DNA from: Malacoraja senta | Lineage: Eukaryota | Assembly (NCBI GenBank): GCA_038087875.1 | Contig: CM075989.1 | Span: forward strand, 20,958,001 to 21,022,000 | DNA length: 64,000 bases | Direction: 5' to 3' | Shown: in pieces, positions 37,176-50,020 of the stretch | How the letters are laid out: every line of letters begins with the position of its first letter | How positions within the stretch are numbered: the stretch's first letter is position 1 | Notes under the pieces: generated by a model | Told to the model about the DNA's origin: nothing | Database searches by the model: none | What the model saw: the letters and a program-made list of their open reading frames with translations, nothing else | Position numbers and translations under genes: made by a program

Positions 37176-38556
37176 TGTGTGATCTATTTTCTGAGAAAAT
37201 AAATGGAAACAAAAGTTAACACTGTGCTCCGTGCATCCTGCCTACTCCTGCACCTACTTTCTATGTTTCCATGTTTCTATGAATGCCTGAGACCTGGCCT
37301 GCAATAGATTATGGACCTCCTGGTATTTCCAAATGAATAGGAACACTAGAGAGTAACTTTCCATCTCACTCCATCTGATCATCATGTCAGTAAAGCATTG
37401 TTGTGGTGCCATGTTGTTACTGAAGTGGGGAGAAGATTGAATAATTGATCATTTTTTGTTTACAAGAGCTAGGAATGCCTGGCAGCAAATATACTTGAAC
37501 GGTCAGGAAACTCCAGCTTTGGCTGCAGTAAAAGACCAGAATATTGTGAGGAAAGGTTCATGCCAGTGCTCTCAACAATAATTTATTGGATTTGACATTC
37601 ATGGAATTTATATCTTTATTTATCCCTACCTTAAAGATTTTTTTAAAAATTGTACGGGTGTCAGTGGTTATGGGGAGAAAACAGGAGAATGGGGTTGAGA
37701 TGGAAAGATAGATCAGCCATGATTGAATGACGAAGTAGATTGATGGGCCAAATGGCCTAATTCTGCTCCTAGAACCTATGAACTTATGATATATATTTAG
37801 CAACGTCAGAAATCCAAGATGATGTTTGAAACAACTTGAGCAAAAAAGTAAACTGAGCATTGTAATTAGATTAATGTTTAAATCCATTATAAATCTGCAG
37901 GGATTTGCCTGATCTGAGCTTAAATTTCTTGCAAATTTAATGCCTGATGCACTTAGCACAATTTACGAAAATTCCCATAAATTACTCATGTTTAATCGGA
38001 ATACATGAGATTTTACCTCTTTTGTGTGCTATTTTTTTCCTAGTAACTTAACTTGTGCTTTAACTTATTTATCTTCAATGGACCGGCATCATTACTAACA
38101 CATCAGAGGAAGGAATATCATATCAACATGTTAAGCATTCAAGTGACACAGCCAAAAGTAATTTCTATGCTAAGGCATGTAATGTAAAATGCATGATCCA
38201 ACATTAAATAATTGGATATTTACATAAAACTAGCACTATGAACTTTGCATAAAATTCAATACAAACACCTTTCAGTTTGCTAGCTTGTATGTATGCACAT
38301 GTCTACTCAATAAAATATTTAAGAAACTAGAGTAAACATTTTAGAAGCAAAGAATATTGAGGAAGCACTAGAGGAATTAGAAAGCATCAACAAATGGAAG
38401 ATTATTGGATATTCTGTGCCCTGCATTTCTAACCTGTGGGCATTGACTCATTCTGATGCTATTATCTGTTTGCATGTTATATATCCAGGATCCAGGTGTT
38501 TCTCACTGATTTTTAGTTGACTTGATGTGTTGCATTTACCCCTTCATTGTCTTGAC

Positions 38557-38867
38557 TTTAGTTTAGTTTAGTTTACTTTAGAGATACAGCTCGGAAACAG
38601 GCCCTTCGGCCCACCGAGTCCACACCGACCAGTGAACCCCGCACACTAACACTATCCTACACCCACTAGGGACAATTTACATTTATACCAAGCCGATTAA
38701 TCTTCAAACCTGTACGTCTTTGGAGTGTGGGAGGAAACCGAAGATCTCGGAGAAAACCTATGCAGGTCACGGGGAGAACGTACAAACTCCATACAGACAA
38801 TTGCCCGTAGTCAGGATTAAACCCGGGTCTCTGGCGCTGTAAGGCAGCAACTCTACTGCTGCGCCAC
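38557..38867 (-). mobile_element. HE1-like SINE
   Basis: Matches the other copies. Confidence 0.88.
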
Positions 38868-38929
38868 TTGTCAGAAAAGTTGAAGAATTAATACTTTATC
38901 AGACATGGGCACATGTTCTAAATTATTGT

Positions 38930-39385
38930 ATACAATACAATACAATACAATACCATTTATTGTCATTTGAACCTCAAAAGAAGTTCAAACGAAATTTGGT
39001 TTCTGCAGTCATACAAACAAGTAAAAAGAACCAAGACACAACACAATTTACACAAACATCCATCACAGCGAATCTGCTCCTCACTGTGATGGAAGGCAAA
39101 GTCTTATCTCTCCCCTACACTCCCCATTCTCCTCCCGATGTCAGAGTCAGAGCCCCCGGCGGGCGATGGAAAATAAGACCCGCGGCCATTAAAGCCGCGC
39201 CGGGCGATGCAAGGCCGCCCTCCGGGTGTGGATGTTGGTGCCCCCGGTAGCGCTAGCAAGTCCCACGGCCATTAAAGCCGCGCCGGGCGATATTAGACCC
39301 AGCTCCGGGTCATCTTCAACCCCGCAACTCGGGCGGGAGAAGTTGCCGTTGCAGGAGCCCCGAAAAGCGGTCTCCCACCAGGGAT
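38930..39385 (-). mobile_element. Unclassified retroposed fragment with (TTGTA)n tail and GC-rich body
   Basis: (TACAA)n preceded by AATAAA on the minus strand. Internal repeat GGCCATTAAAGCCGCGCCGGGCGA occurs twice. Confidence 0.45.
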
Positions 39386-41138
39386 CTTTTATTTAATAGA
39401 AATCCAATAACTGCACAATTAATGGGCACAACGTGTTGGAGTAACTCAGTGGATATGGGTAGGTGAAATTTTGGGTCGAAACTCTTCTTCAGACGATAGA
39501 AGGATCTCGACCTGAGATATTGTCTGCCCTGCTGAGATACTCCAGCACTTTGTGTTCTTTTGTGTAAACCAGCATCTGCAGTTCTCTGTTTCTACATTAC
39601 AATTTAGTACACTTAAGCAACCATATGTCAATTGTTTTCCAAGAAGTCGGAACAACCACATGAAAAGAAAGTTGTCTCTTAAGAGTGAACCATTTTGGCA
39701 GTGGAAACATAAGGGGCGAATTGTACACATTGCTTCCTGCTTCTCCATGCTTCCTGAAGTCGATAACTAGTTCTTTCATCTTGTTGACATTGAGGGTTGC
39801 TGGCCTGACATCATAGAAACATAAAAAAATAGGTGCAGGAGTAGGCCATTCGGCCCTTCGAGCCAGCACTACCATTCAATATGATCATGGCTGATCATCC
39901 AAAATCAGTACCCCTTTCCTGCTTTCTCCCCATATCTCTTGATTCCATTAGCCCTAAGAGCTAAATTTAACTCTCTCTTGAAAACATACAGTGAATTGGC
40001 CTCCGCTGCCTTCTGTGGCAGAGCATGTTACAAAGTTCTCCGTCTTGATCACAGTGAATGGCTCGAAGGGCTGAATGGCCTACTCCTGCACCTATTGTCT
40101 AGTGTCTATTGTCTCCTTCCAGTACTCTGTCGCATCATTGTTCTTGATCCAGCTCACCACAGTGGTCTCACCTGCATGCTTGTAGATAGTTTGAGCCAAA
40201 TTTGTCTGCACAGTTGTGTGTATAGGGAATAGAGTGGGAGATTGAGAACACAACTTTGTTGAGAATTATTGTGGAAGAGGTGTTTTCACCCATCTTCAGA
40301 TTGTGGTCTGCGGACCAGAACGTCAGGGTTCCAACGGCAAAAGGGGGGGGGGGGGGGGGAGTAGCTGATTCCTAGAATTTGCAGATGGGTTTGGGTGAGA
40401 TTGTGATGTTGAAGGTGGAGTTATAGTCCAGAAATAGGAGTCTAATGTAGAAGTCCTTGCTGTCTAGTTGCTCCAAATAGGAATAGATTGGGTAAATACA
40501 CTCAGAGTAGGGGAATCAAGAACCATAGGTTTAAGCTGAGGAGGGAAACATTTAATAGGAACCCAAGGGGCAACTTTTTCTCACAAAGTGTTGAAGGTAT
40601 AGGGAACAAGCTGCTGGAGGAGGTAGTTGAGGCAGGTACTATCACGACATTTGAAAAATATTTGGACAGGTGTATGGATAGGATAGGTTTAGAAGGATAT
40701 GGGCCAAATGTCTCATGCCGAACGCAGGCAGGTAGGACTAGTGTAGATGGGGCATGTTGGTTGGCATGGGCAAGTTGGGCTGAAGGCCTGTTTCCACGCT
40801 GCAGGACACTATGACACTGTGACACCATGAGGTGTTTAGGGCCAGAGAGATGATGACCGCAGTGGACTTGTTCTGATGATAAGCAAAGTGCGGTGGATCA
40901 AGGCTTGGTGGGCGGCTGGAGTTAATGCACGGCATCACCAGTCACTTGAAAGACTTCATGATGCCACTGACCAAAATGAGATCCCAGGCTTTCAGATGTT
41001 GCTTCCTTTGCCAAATATATTGAACTAAATCATCTCCTAAGAAGGTCCTTGTGCTGTGACTGGAAATGCTACCGTTCTGTGGTGGGTATCATTGCAAATG
41101 AAACTCCCATGGAGCTGGAGAGTGAGATCTTGACTTCA

Positions 41139-41294
41139 CAAGTTCATAGGTTCTCGGAGCAGAATGAGGCCATTCAGCCCATAAAGTTGACTCCGCCATC
41201 CAATCATGGCTGATCTATCTTTCCCTCTCAACCCCATTCTCCTGCCTTCGCCCCCATAACCCCTGGCAAGGGTCAGGATCTCAGGATCTCAAGG
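41139..41294 (-). mobile_element. CR1 3' tail fragment with a 17-bp TSD
   Basis: GTGAGATCTTGACTTCA at 41122-41138 and 41295-41311. Confidence 0.8.
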
Positions 41295-42229
41295 GTGAGA
41301 TCTTGACTTCATGACGTTAATCATGGAGTGATCGAAATTGTCTCGCAATTGGTGGTGACTCCGAACTTCTCCCTCTCTTTTCCTAAATTGCTGAATGATT
41401 GATGACATTGTGCGCATTAATCTCGCTGTCACTCCGTCAGTAGACTTTGACCTATTAAATAAAACCCAAATCTTTTGGAACATCCTCAATAGCACAATTT
41501 AATTATAAATGCAAAAATATGATTCTTATTTAATGGAGTATTGTGGAGAATTGTTCTGGTGTTTCATTTTCAATGATTCTCAGTTATTTTTCATCTGTTA
41601 TGGTGCGCCAATGTTGTTACAGCTGTGAAAGAATACTGATGAAGGGACATATTTTGCTGGCTCTTTGAATCTAATTGCTTTTACCACATCTATGAGCAGT
41701 AACCATGGTGAGTGCTAGCATTCTATAAATGAACTCTTGTTCTTTCCTGGATGCGAATAAAAGCGCAGAAGAATTAACAGAAGGAAGAAAAGACATATCT
41801 GTATCTTGGATTAGGCGTTCCATTGATACGGAAAACTTTGCTCACATCACACTGCATCTTTGCTAAAATGAAGTATTTTCTTCGCGCGAAAGTATTGAAA
41901 ATGGGAAACAAAATCAAAGTTTTCTTTTTTGTCTGATGAAAGATTCTGTTACTGTCTGGAGAAGTACAATTGACTTAGTCTTTTCTATTCAATTCAGTGC
42001 TCGCTATTCAGTTGTCATTGTGAAAGAGATATAACTGTCTGGGTGCCGCCATATGGAATTGGTTTGAATAATTAGTCAAGAAGACTACCACTATTATCTA
42101 TCGCAGGCTAAGATGATCTTTTCCATCCATTGCAAGCATCTTTCAGCAGTCTTTGCACTTTGGTTAAGGTCAATAAAGTTCAACCAATGAACACTACATA
42201 CAATTACACTACATACATACACTACTACA

Positions 42230-42944
42230 TCTCCCCCCATGTCTGCCTTCCGCAAAGACCGCTCCCTCCGTAACTCCCTTGTCAATTCTTCCCTTCCCTC
42301 CCATACCACCCCCTCCCCTGGTACTTTCCCTTGCAACCGCAAGAGATGCAACACTTGTCCCTTCACCTCCCCCCTCCACTCCATTCAAGGACCCAAGCAG
42401 TCGTTCCAGGTGCGACAGAGGTTCACCTGTATCTCCTCCAACCTCATCTATTGCATTCGCTGCTCTAGATGCCAGCTGATCTACATCGGTGAGACCAAGC
42501 GGAGGCTTGGCGATCGTTTCGCCGAACACCTCCGGTCGGTCCGCAATAACCAACCTGAACTCCCGGTGGCTCAGCACTTCAACTCCCCCTCCCATTCCGT
42601 ATCTGACCTCTCTGTCCTGGGTCTCCTCCATGGCCACAGCGAGCAACACCGTAAATTGGAGGAAATGCACCTCATATTCCGCTTGGGCAGTCTACATCCT
42701 GGGGGCCTGAACATTGAATTCTCCCAATTCTGCTAGCCCTTGCTGTCCCCTCCCCTTCATCAGCCATCTGGTTGTCTCCTCCCCTCCCCCAGCCCTCGGG
42801 CTCCTCCTCCGCCTTTTTCCTTTTTTCCTTTCTTCTCCCCACCCCCTATCAGTCTGAAGAAGGGTTTCGGCCCGAAACGTTACCTATTTCCTTCGCTCCA
42901 TAGATGCTGCTGCACCCGCTGAGTTTCTCCAGCATTTTTGTGTA
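42230..42944 (+). mobile_element. 5'-truncated Penelope-like element (GIY-YIG endonuclease plus pseudo-LTR)
   Basis: CNRKRCNTC, FTCISSNLIYCIRC..C.LIYIGETKR.L..RF.EH, GLN. Followed by the CTGAAGA..GAAAC motif. Confidence 0.9.
42239..42736 (+). pseudogene. Penelope GIY-YIG endonuclease domain (C-terminal part of ORF, RT missing)
   Basis: 165-aa open frame with the LIY/YIG motif and Penelope-type Cys motifs. Confidence 0.85.
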
Positions 42945-42958
42945 ACTACATACAATTT

Positions 42959-43116
42959 GTTTGAGAAAGAACTGCAGATGCTGGAAAAATCGAAGGTAGA
43001 CAAAAATGCTGGAGAAACTCAGCGGGTGAGGCAGCATCTATGGAGCGAAGGAAACGTCGCCTATTTCTTCGCTCCATAGATGCTGCCTCACCCGCTGAGG
43101 TTCTCCAGCTTTTTTG
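42959..43116. mobile_element. Penelope-derived fold-back element
   Basis: Inverted arms. 14-bp TSD ACTACATACAATTT (42945-42958, 43117-43130). Confidence 0.78.
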
Positions 43117-44188
43117 ACTACATACAATTTAATGTATTTCTATTTACTTTGCGATCGCTCTGTACAGCAGAGTGCGCTATAGACTTAACAAATGGAAGAA
43201 TAATAGTGGAAGAATCTCATCTATAAATTCTACATATTCTGTTGGACACAAGTGATTTTGACAGATTAGCGATATGGTATACAGCTACTTTCACGTTCAC
43301 ATCGTTTAGTTGAAGTTTGTCAGTTAATTGGGTTTAGTGTCCCTAACGTGTAGGATAGAACTGGGGGCGGCACGGTGGCACAGCGGTAGAGTTGCTGCCT
43401 TACAACTTACCAGAGACAGGGGTTCGATTCCGACCACTGGGTGCTGTCTTTACGGAGTTTGTACGTTCTCCCCATGACCACGTGGTTTTCTCTGTGATCT
43501 TTGGTTTCCTCCCAGAGCAGATGCTAGTTTTTTTTAAATCAAAGACAGACACAAAATGCTGGAGCAATTCAGTGGGTCAGGCGGCATCTCTGGAGAAAAA
43601 GGTCCAATGTTGGCTGGGGAAGGTGTGATCTCAAGAGAAACAATGTGGAGAATTGTGGAGATGGTAAAACGACTTGGGTGGCGGAAGGGGTTAGACCCCC
43701 TCCTTCCTTGCCCCCTTCCTCTACCCGAATTGTTTTACCAATTCTGCAGCTCTCCACATCGTTTCTCTTGAGATCACACCTTCCCCAGCCAATGGTGGAC
43801 GGACCAGGCACTGCCCTGCCTGAGGTGTTTACGGCCAGCCCTAATTAGTCCTCGTCATTTTGCACCTCCATCTCTTCACCGCCTCCCCACCCCCTACTTT
43901 CAGGCTGAAGAAGGGTCCCCAAAGTCAAAATGTCACCCCTCCTTTTTCTCCAGAGATACTGCCTGACCCGATGATTTACTCCAGCATGTTGAGTATCATT
44001 AATCACATCATATTAATGGATTAGCTAAAGTGTAAAAGACGACATACAAAGGGCTCCACAATCTGGTTATCAGAATAAATTAATGTTGCCACAACGTAGT
44101 ACTTTGACCTTTTATTTCCTTATTCGGCTTTGGTGATCTTGATTTCTAATGGAATCTTTTATTTTCATCTGTCGCATTTCAAAAGTAA

Positions 44189-46640
44189 TTTTACTTCGGT
44201 CATGTGAGTGACTACGTGAAGAAGAGCCCATCCATCCGCACACGCGTCATATCGTCAGACGCATAGCGCAGCGACCATGTGTTTGGAGTGAGCAGAGCTC
44301 CTCCAAACCGGTAAGTAAAAAACCTGAAGGTAAGTGTTTACTTACTTTTTTCAGGTCCCTTTCTTCAGAGAACTTGCAGTTGGAACAACACAAGTCAGAA
44401 TGGAGAAAGGATGTAAGAGGCGTACCGCAGGTAAACTCGAGAAAGACCGCACGTCTGCGAGTAGCGGGCGCCCTTTTGAGGAGTCGGTGGCAGCAAGGCT
44501 ATCGACATTTAATTATGGTTTAAAAATATACCGTTGTAGCGCCATTAGGGTGCAAGAGACATTAGGCTGGGTGGCCAGCAGACTCTGAGGAGTCAGACCG
44601 GAGGATCCTCGACTCAGGCAGACATTTTGTCTATTTGGGTCTGCGTTGGGAGAGCCAGCGCAGGGAATGCCTGGGGAAGGTCCGGCTTAGCGTTGGCCTA
44701 CAGGAGAGCCAGCGCAGGGAGTGCCTAGGGAAGGTCCGGGCTTAGCGTTGGCCTATAGGAGAGCCAGCGCATGGAGTGCTTTGGAAGGTCCGGCTCAGCG
44801 TTGGCCTAAGGGAGAGCCAGCGCAGGGAGTACTTGGGAAGGTCCGGCTCAGCGCTTGCCTACAGGAGAGCCAGCGTGAGCAATGCCTGGATAAGGGCATT
44901 TTTATGCGTTGGCCTACAGGAGAGCCAGCGCCAACTATGTCTGGAGAAAGACAGTTTAAGCGTTGGCCTACAGGTGAGCCAGCGCCAGCAGCACCTGAAA
45001 GAGGGCTGCCTATGCATGGGCCTACAGAAGAGCCCGCGCGGCGAGCACCTGGGAAATGGTTTACTATGCGTAGGCCTATGGGAGAGCCAGCGCTAGAAAC
45101 ACCTGAAGCAGGATGCCAATTCGCCCCCTCCATGAGGAGGATTATTATACGCAAAAATTCAGAGACGAATCATATGAGGACCAGAGCCCAATAACAGAGC
45201 CTAAAGGACCAGGTTTGGCACAATATATACAATTTTGGGTTCCAAAACTATCAGGGGAACCATTGGGAGATAAATGAGCAATGTCAAATAATTACTTGCT
45301 CTCCCAGCAGCTTCAGGTTCTGACCATGCATGAGCTGTCAAAAAATATGAAACCCGCAGAATTGAGCACTGCAAGCAGCCTCAGCGGTGAAAATAAATGA
45401 ATAAATAAATAAATAAATAAAAAATGACAGAGGGTGTTGAAATTGCTGGTCAGGCATTACGGCTTTGGCCAGAGGTTTGGATGGAGAGCACGTATCTGTA
45501 TCACAACAAGGTTGACTTAGCACTCATGTGTAGTGCGCACTTTGAAATAAACTATATTTATAAAAGTGCTATAATACCTAACATCTACCCTAAGTTTGCG
45601 GGGCTCTGTAAACCATCTAATATTCAATTGCCTAAAATCTGTTTTTGGAAAGAATCTAGCCAAAAAAGGGTAAAAGGCCTCGATGAAGCCGTCGGTGATT
45701 GGCAGATCAAATCGAAGGCAGTTTTCCCTACCAACGTGTGGTGACTGGGGACAGTGAAGGATAAAATCAGTCTTTCCCTTATTTGCGTTATTGGCGCACT
45801 CCTCCTGAGGTACGTGGAGGTTACAATATTCCCACTAAGATCAGGGTATAACAATTGCCATAGGCAATCCCTGAGGTAGGGGGTCTGGTTCTGTAAGAGA
45901 CATATTAATGTTTTACACTTACAAGTTGGGGAAGATTACAATTCTTCCTAAAAGAATGGCAATCTGATGTATTTATACTGTACAGTTTTGTGGGGTTTAG
46001 AATTGAATTCTACCCATATTTGGATTCTCCTACTCAGCATATTTCAAACCAGACACATATTTCTCAAAATAAGAGAATATACAGATTCAGGCAGAACATA
46101 AAATATTGTGTAAAAGGGATAATTAAGAAGTCAGTTCACCATCACCACCAATTTATGCCAAGTGTTTTTATTAGAGCAAATTAGGATGGTGGGTGTAGAA
46201 TTATTCTAGATCTGACAAGTCTTAACCCTTTTTTGTACAGTATAAAAAACAGTTTTGGAGACATTTGCCAATACTATACAGCCAATTTCATGAAAATGCT
46301 ATATGGCTAGCATAGATCTTAAAGATGCATATTACTGTGTGGCTGTATATGGTAATAATCATAGATATTTAAAATTTTAACTGGATGTCAATTATGGCAA
46401 TTTAAAGCATTGTATTAACGTTTAGATTCAGCTCTGAGACTATTTGTCAGGTTGTTGGAACCAATCTTAGCACTACTAAGAGCTCAGGGCCATTTGGTAA
46501 TGGCCTATTTTGATATATTCTGATTGTAGGAAACACTCAGGCTACAACAGAACCATGAGTGTCAAGAATCAAGCTCACTTTGGAGAGGCTGGGATTCATT
46601 ACCCATCCAGATAATCCAAACTATGTTATGTTCCAATGCC
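44189..46640 (+). mobile_element. Decayed 5' part of a DIRS1-like (tyrosine-recombinase group) retrotransposon
   Basis: Broken RT: VG.RLQFFLKEW (~45925), CRIILDLTSLN, MASIDLKDAYY (46303), RLGFITHPD. ORF1-like LALMCSAHFEIN..PKFAGLC. RNase H and recombinase not seen. Confidence 0.75.
44643..45110 (+). repeat. About 54-bp minisatellite, about 9 units, conserved core GCGTTGGCCTACAGGAGAGCCAGCGC
   Basis: Cores start at 44643 (partial), 44690, 44745, 44798, 44851, 44906, 44960, 45014 and 45068. Confidence 0.9.
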
Positions 46641-47056
46641 ACTACATGGCTTCATTTTCTTTTAATTTTTAGAGATGCATCATGCAAATAGGCCCATTGG
46701 CCCACCGAGTCCATACCGATGATCGATCACCCTTTCACACTGTTATTCCACTCATGCGAATGAGTTTTATTACAAGGAACAGCAGAAGCTGGAAATGTGC
46801 AAATATCAGAGTGCTGGAGGAAGTTTTGCTTGTAATAAAAGAGGGATGTTGAGAGGCACATAATTTAATGTTAATAACGGGCATACGAAAATGATAATAA
46901 TAATAATATAGAAGGAACTGCAGATGCTGGTTTAAACTGAAGATAGACACAAAATGCTGGAGTAACAGTGGAAGTCGAAGTCCGAAGAAGGGTCTCGATC
47001 CGAAACATCACCCATTCCTTCTCTCCAGAGATGCTGTCTGTATCCGGCTATCCGAC

Positions 47057-47370
47057 TTGGACAGAGTGGATGTGGAGAGGATGTTACCACTAGTGGGAGA
47101 GCCTAGGACTAGAGGTCACAGCCTCAGAATTAAAGGACGTTCTTTTAGGAAGGAGATGAGGATAAATTTCTTTAGTCAGAGGGTGATGAACCTGTGGAAT
47201 TCATTGCCACAGAGGCTGCGGAGGCCAAGTCAGTTAATATTTTTAAGGCAGAGATAGATAGATTCTTAATTAGTGCAGGTGTCAGAGGTTATGGGGAGAA
47301 GGCAGGAAAATGAGATTCGGAGGGAGAGATAGATTAGCCATGATTGAATGGCGGTGTAGACTTGATGGAC
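47057..47370 (+). mobile_element. CR1 3' end fragment
   Basis: DRVDVERM..RTRGHSLRIKG..FFSQRVMNLWNSLP. Confidence 0.85.
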
Positions 47371-47944
47371 TTGAAGTCTGTAGCCTCCTTTTGCTCTGGA
47401 AATTTATTTCATTCACACGTTTAAACTTTAATGTTTTATTCTTAATGTTTTAATGTTTTATGCTTTATTCTTAAGGGTTCACTGTATGTCGTGTTGTTAC
47501 TTGCGAGTGGAGCACCACGGCAAATTGCTTGTATGTGTACATACTTGGCCAATAAACGTATTCATTCATTCATTCATTCAATGGTCTAATTCTATTCCTA
47601 TCCCTTATGACCTGTCCCACTGAGTTACTCCAGCATTTTGTGTCTATCTATGAAAATAATAAATTCCTCTCATTTATCGAGGTCAATTTAAAAGAAGTAT
47701 AGATATAGATATAGATATAGGCCAGTATTGATTAGCCATGATCATGTTAATTGGCAGTGGGTTTGAGAGAGCAGGGGGCTTATTCCTGCTCCTATTTTCT
47801 TATGGAGATTCGTACTCTCTTATCTCCTTATCTCACTGCCTTTTGTCTTTTTTATCTCTGGCCTTTGTTTGGCCAATCAAATCCCCCTAACCAGTATCCA
47901 CCTATCACTTGTCAGGCTTGGTGCTGCCCCCACCTCTCTTGAAG

Positions 47945-48074
47945 GGGTCGGAGATTGCAACCTGTTTCGATGGATGCAACCAAACCGGCGTGCACAATCA
48001 AGTAAGATCAAATAGAACAAGTTGTCCTACAACTTTAGGCTGTGCACGCCAAACGCAAGAAGAAGAAGAAGAAG
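47945..48074 (+). mobile_element. Short retroposed element with an (AAG)n tail, copy 1
   Basis: 13-bp TSD with one mismatch (47932-47944, 48075-48087). Homologous to 52402-52542. Confidence 0.75.
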
Positions 48075-49399
48075 ACCCCTCTTGAAGCTTCCTCCACACT
48101 ACTACAGTCAATCTGAAGAAAGGTTCCGACCCGAAATGTCACCTCTTCTTTTTCTCCGGAGATGCTGCCTGACCAGCCGAGTTACTCCAGCATTTTATGT
48201 TCATCTTCGGTATAGACCAGCATCTGCAGTCCCTTCCGACACATTAATTTCCTCCACTGACGATGCCGGACCTGCTGAGTTCCTTCAGCATTTCGTTTTT
48301 TTTGCTGAAATATTATCGTCCCCAAAGCACTCTCGCTTCAATCACACTGGAAATCAATAATCGTACCCATTGCAAATGCCGCCGTACTTGCTATCCAAGA
48401 AACTGCCTCGATGTGATCCATAGAAACGTAGAAACGTAGAAAATAGATGCAAGAGTAGGCCATTCGGCCCTTCGAGCCCACACTGCCATTCAATATGATC
48501 ATGGCTGATCATCCAAAATCAGTACCCCGTTCCAGCTTTCTCCCCATAACCCTTGATATATATTGTGTACAATTATTAAAGATTTGCATTCAGGTTTTGA
48601 GAGCTTTTGTTTTGCTCTTGAAACACATAGGATGACCATGTGGGGTGATGTTAATGTCTTTTCCTTTTAACAGCCCAGCTTTATGAGCGGGTATGATTAG
48701 AGTCAGCTGGGATGTATGGGAGCGGTGAATAAGATTGTTTCTCAGAATAACCCGGGTTTTATTTTATAAACTGGTTTTACAGTCTGACTTCGGAAACCGC
48801 AGTCAGAATGTCTGTGGTCCATAAATCGAAGAGTGCTTCTTGTTCAGGGAGATTATTTCGGGAATGGTGAAAACTGCGGGACTAACCAGAGGAGACTTCA
48901 TAACAGCTGAACAAATGAACAACTGGTGCCAGCTGAAGCAATCTAGGTTTTCCTTTTAATGTATATTTAACTCGGAGAGGTCAGGAAGGTCCTGCGATGA
49001 TGATATATATTTTTTGACACATATAATTTCTTCACAGCTGCCATCCAGGCAACATTCACGGTAGGGATGTACAATGTGATAGAGGGTCAGTGCGTGAAAA
49101 GTAACCGTGGGATGCTGTTCAGTACTTATTGTTGGAAAACATTCGTTTAATTTAGTTCCATTCTACATTTTGCTTCATCTCCATTCCCTTCGTCCTGTTT
49201 TCACACCTTACACTTTCTTCTCTATACACTTCTGTATCTATGTACCGCCCACACCCCTGACATCTGTTTGAAGAAAGGTCTCGACCTGAAACGTCACCCA
49301 TTCCTTCTCTCCAGAGATGCTGCCTGTCCCGCTGAGTTACTCCAGCATTTTGTGTCTATCTTCGGTTTAAACCAGCATCTGCAGTTCCTTCCTACACAG

Positions 49400-50020
49400 T
49401 TTAGTTTAGTTTATTGTTGTCACGTGTACCAAGGTACAGTAAAATACTTTTTTGTTGCGTGCTATCCAGTCAGTGAAAGGCTCTACATAATTACAATCAA
49501 GATGTCCATCGTGTACAGATACAGGATGAATGGAATAACATTTAGTACAAAATAAAGTCCGATTAAAGATAGTCCGAGGGTCTCCAATGAGGTAGATGGT
49601 AGATCAGGACTGCTCTCTAGTTGTTGATGGGATGGTTCAGCTGCCTGGTGACAGCTGGGCAGAAACGGTCACTGAATCTGGAGGTGTGCGTTTTCACACT
49701 TCTGTACCTCTTGCCTGATAGGAGAGGGGAGAAGAGGGAGTAGCTGAGGTGAGACTGGTCTTTGATTATACTGGTTGCCTTGCTGAGGCTGCGTGGTGTA
49801 GATGAAGTCAATGGATGGGAGGTTGGTTTGTTTGATTGTCTGGGCTGCATCCACAATTCTGGGCAATGTCTTGCGGTCTTGGATAGAGTGGAGAGTTGTC
49901 GGGGACATGCCGAACTTCCTAAGCCTTATAAGGAAGTGGAGGTGTTGGTCTGCAAGTTGCTAGTGATATTTACTCTTAGGAACCTGAAGCTTTCAACCAT
50001 CTCTACTTTGGCACCGTCAA
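49400..50020 (-). mobile_element. Rex1/Babar-like LINE 3' fragment
   Basis: Same family as 20479-21690. Confidence 0.8.

Noticed and set aside
38340..38420. EEALEELESINKWKIIG, resembling an RTE endonuclease N-terminus
   Set aside because: Too short and has no flanking LINE sequence.
44311..44354. Intron in the DIRS leader (two GTAAGT donors and a TTTTTCAG acceptor)
   Set aside because: Only 25-44 nt, too short for a vertebrate intron. The motifs are better explained as two arms of a hairpin.
44643..45110. True CRISPR array
   Set aside because: Vertebrate context with no cas genes. Spacers are related to one another and the period is 18 codons. Kept only as an unusual minisatellite.
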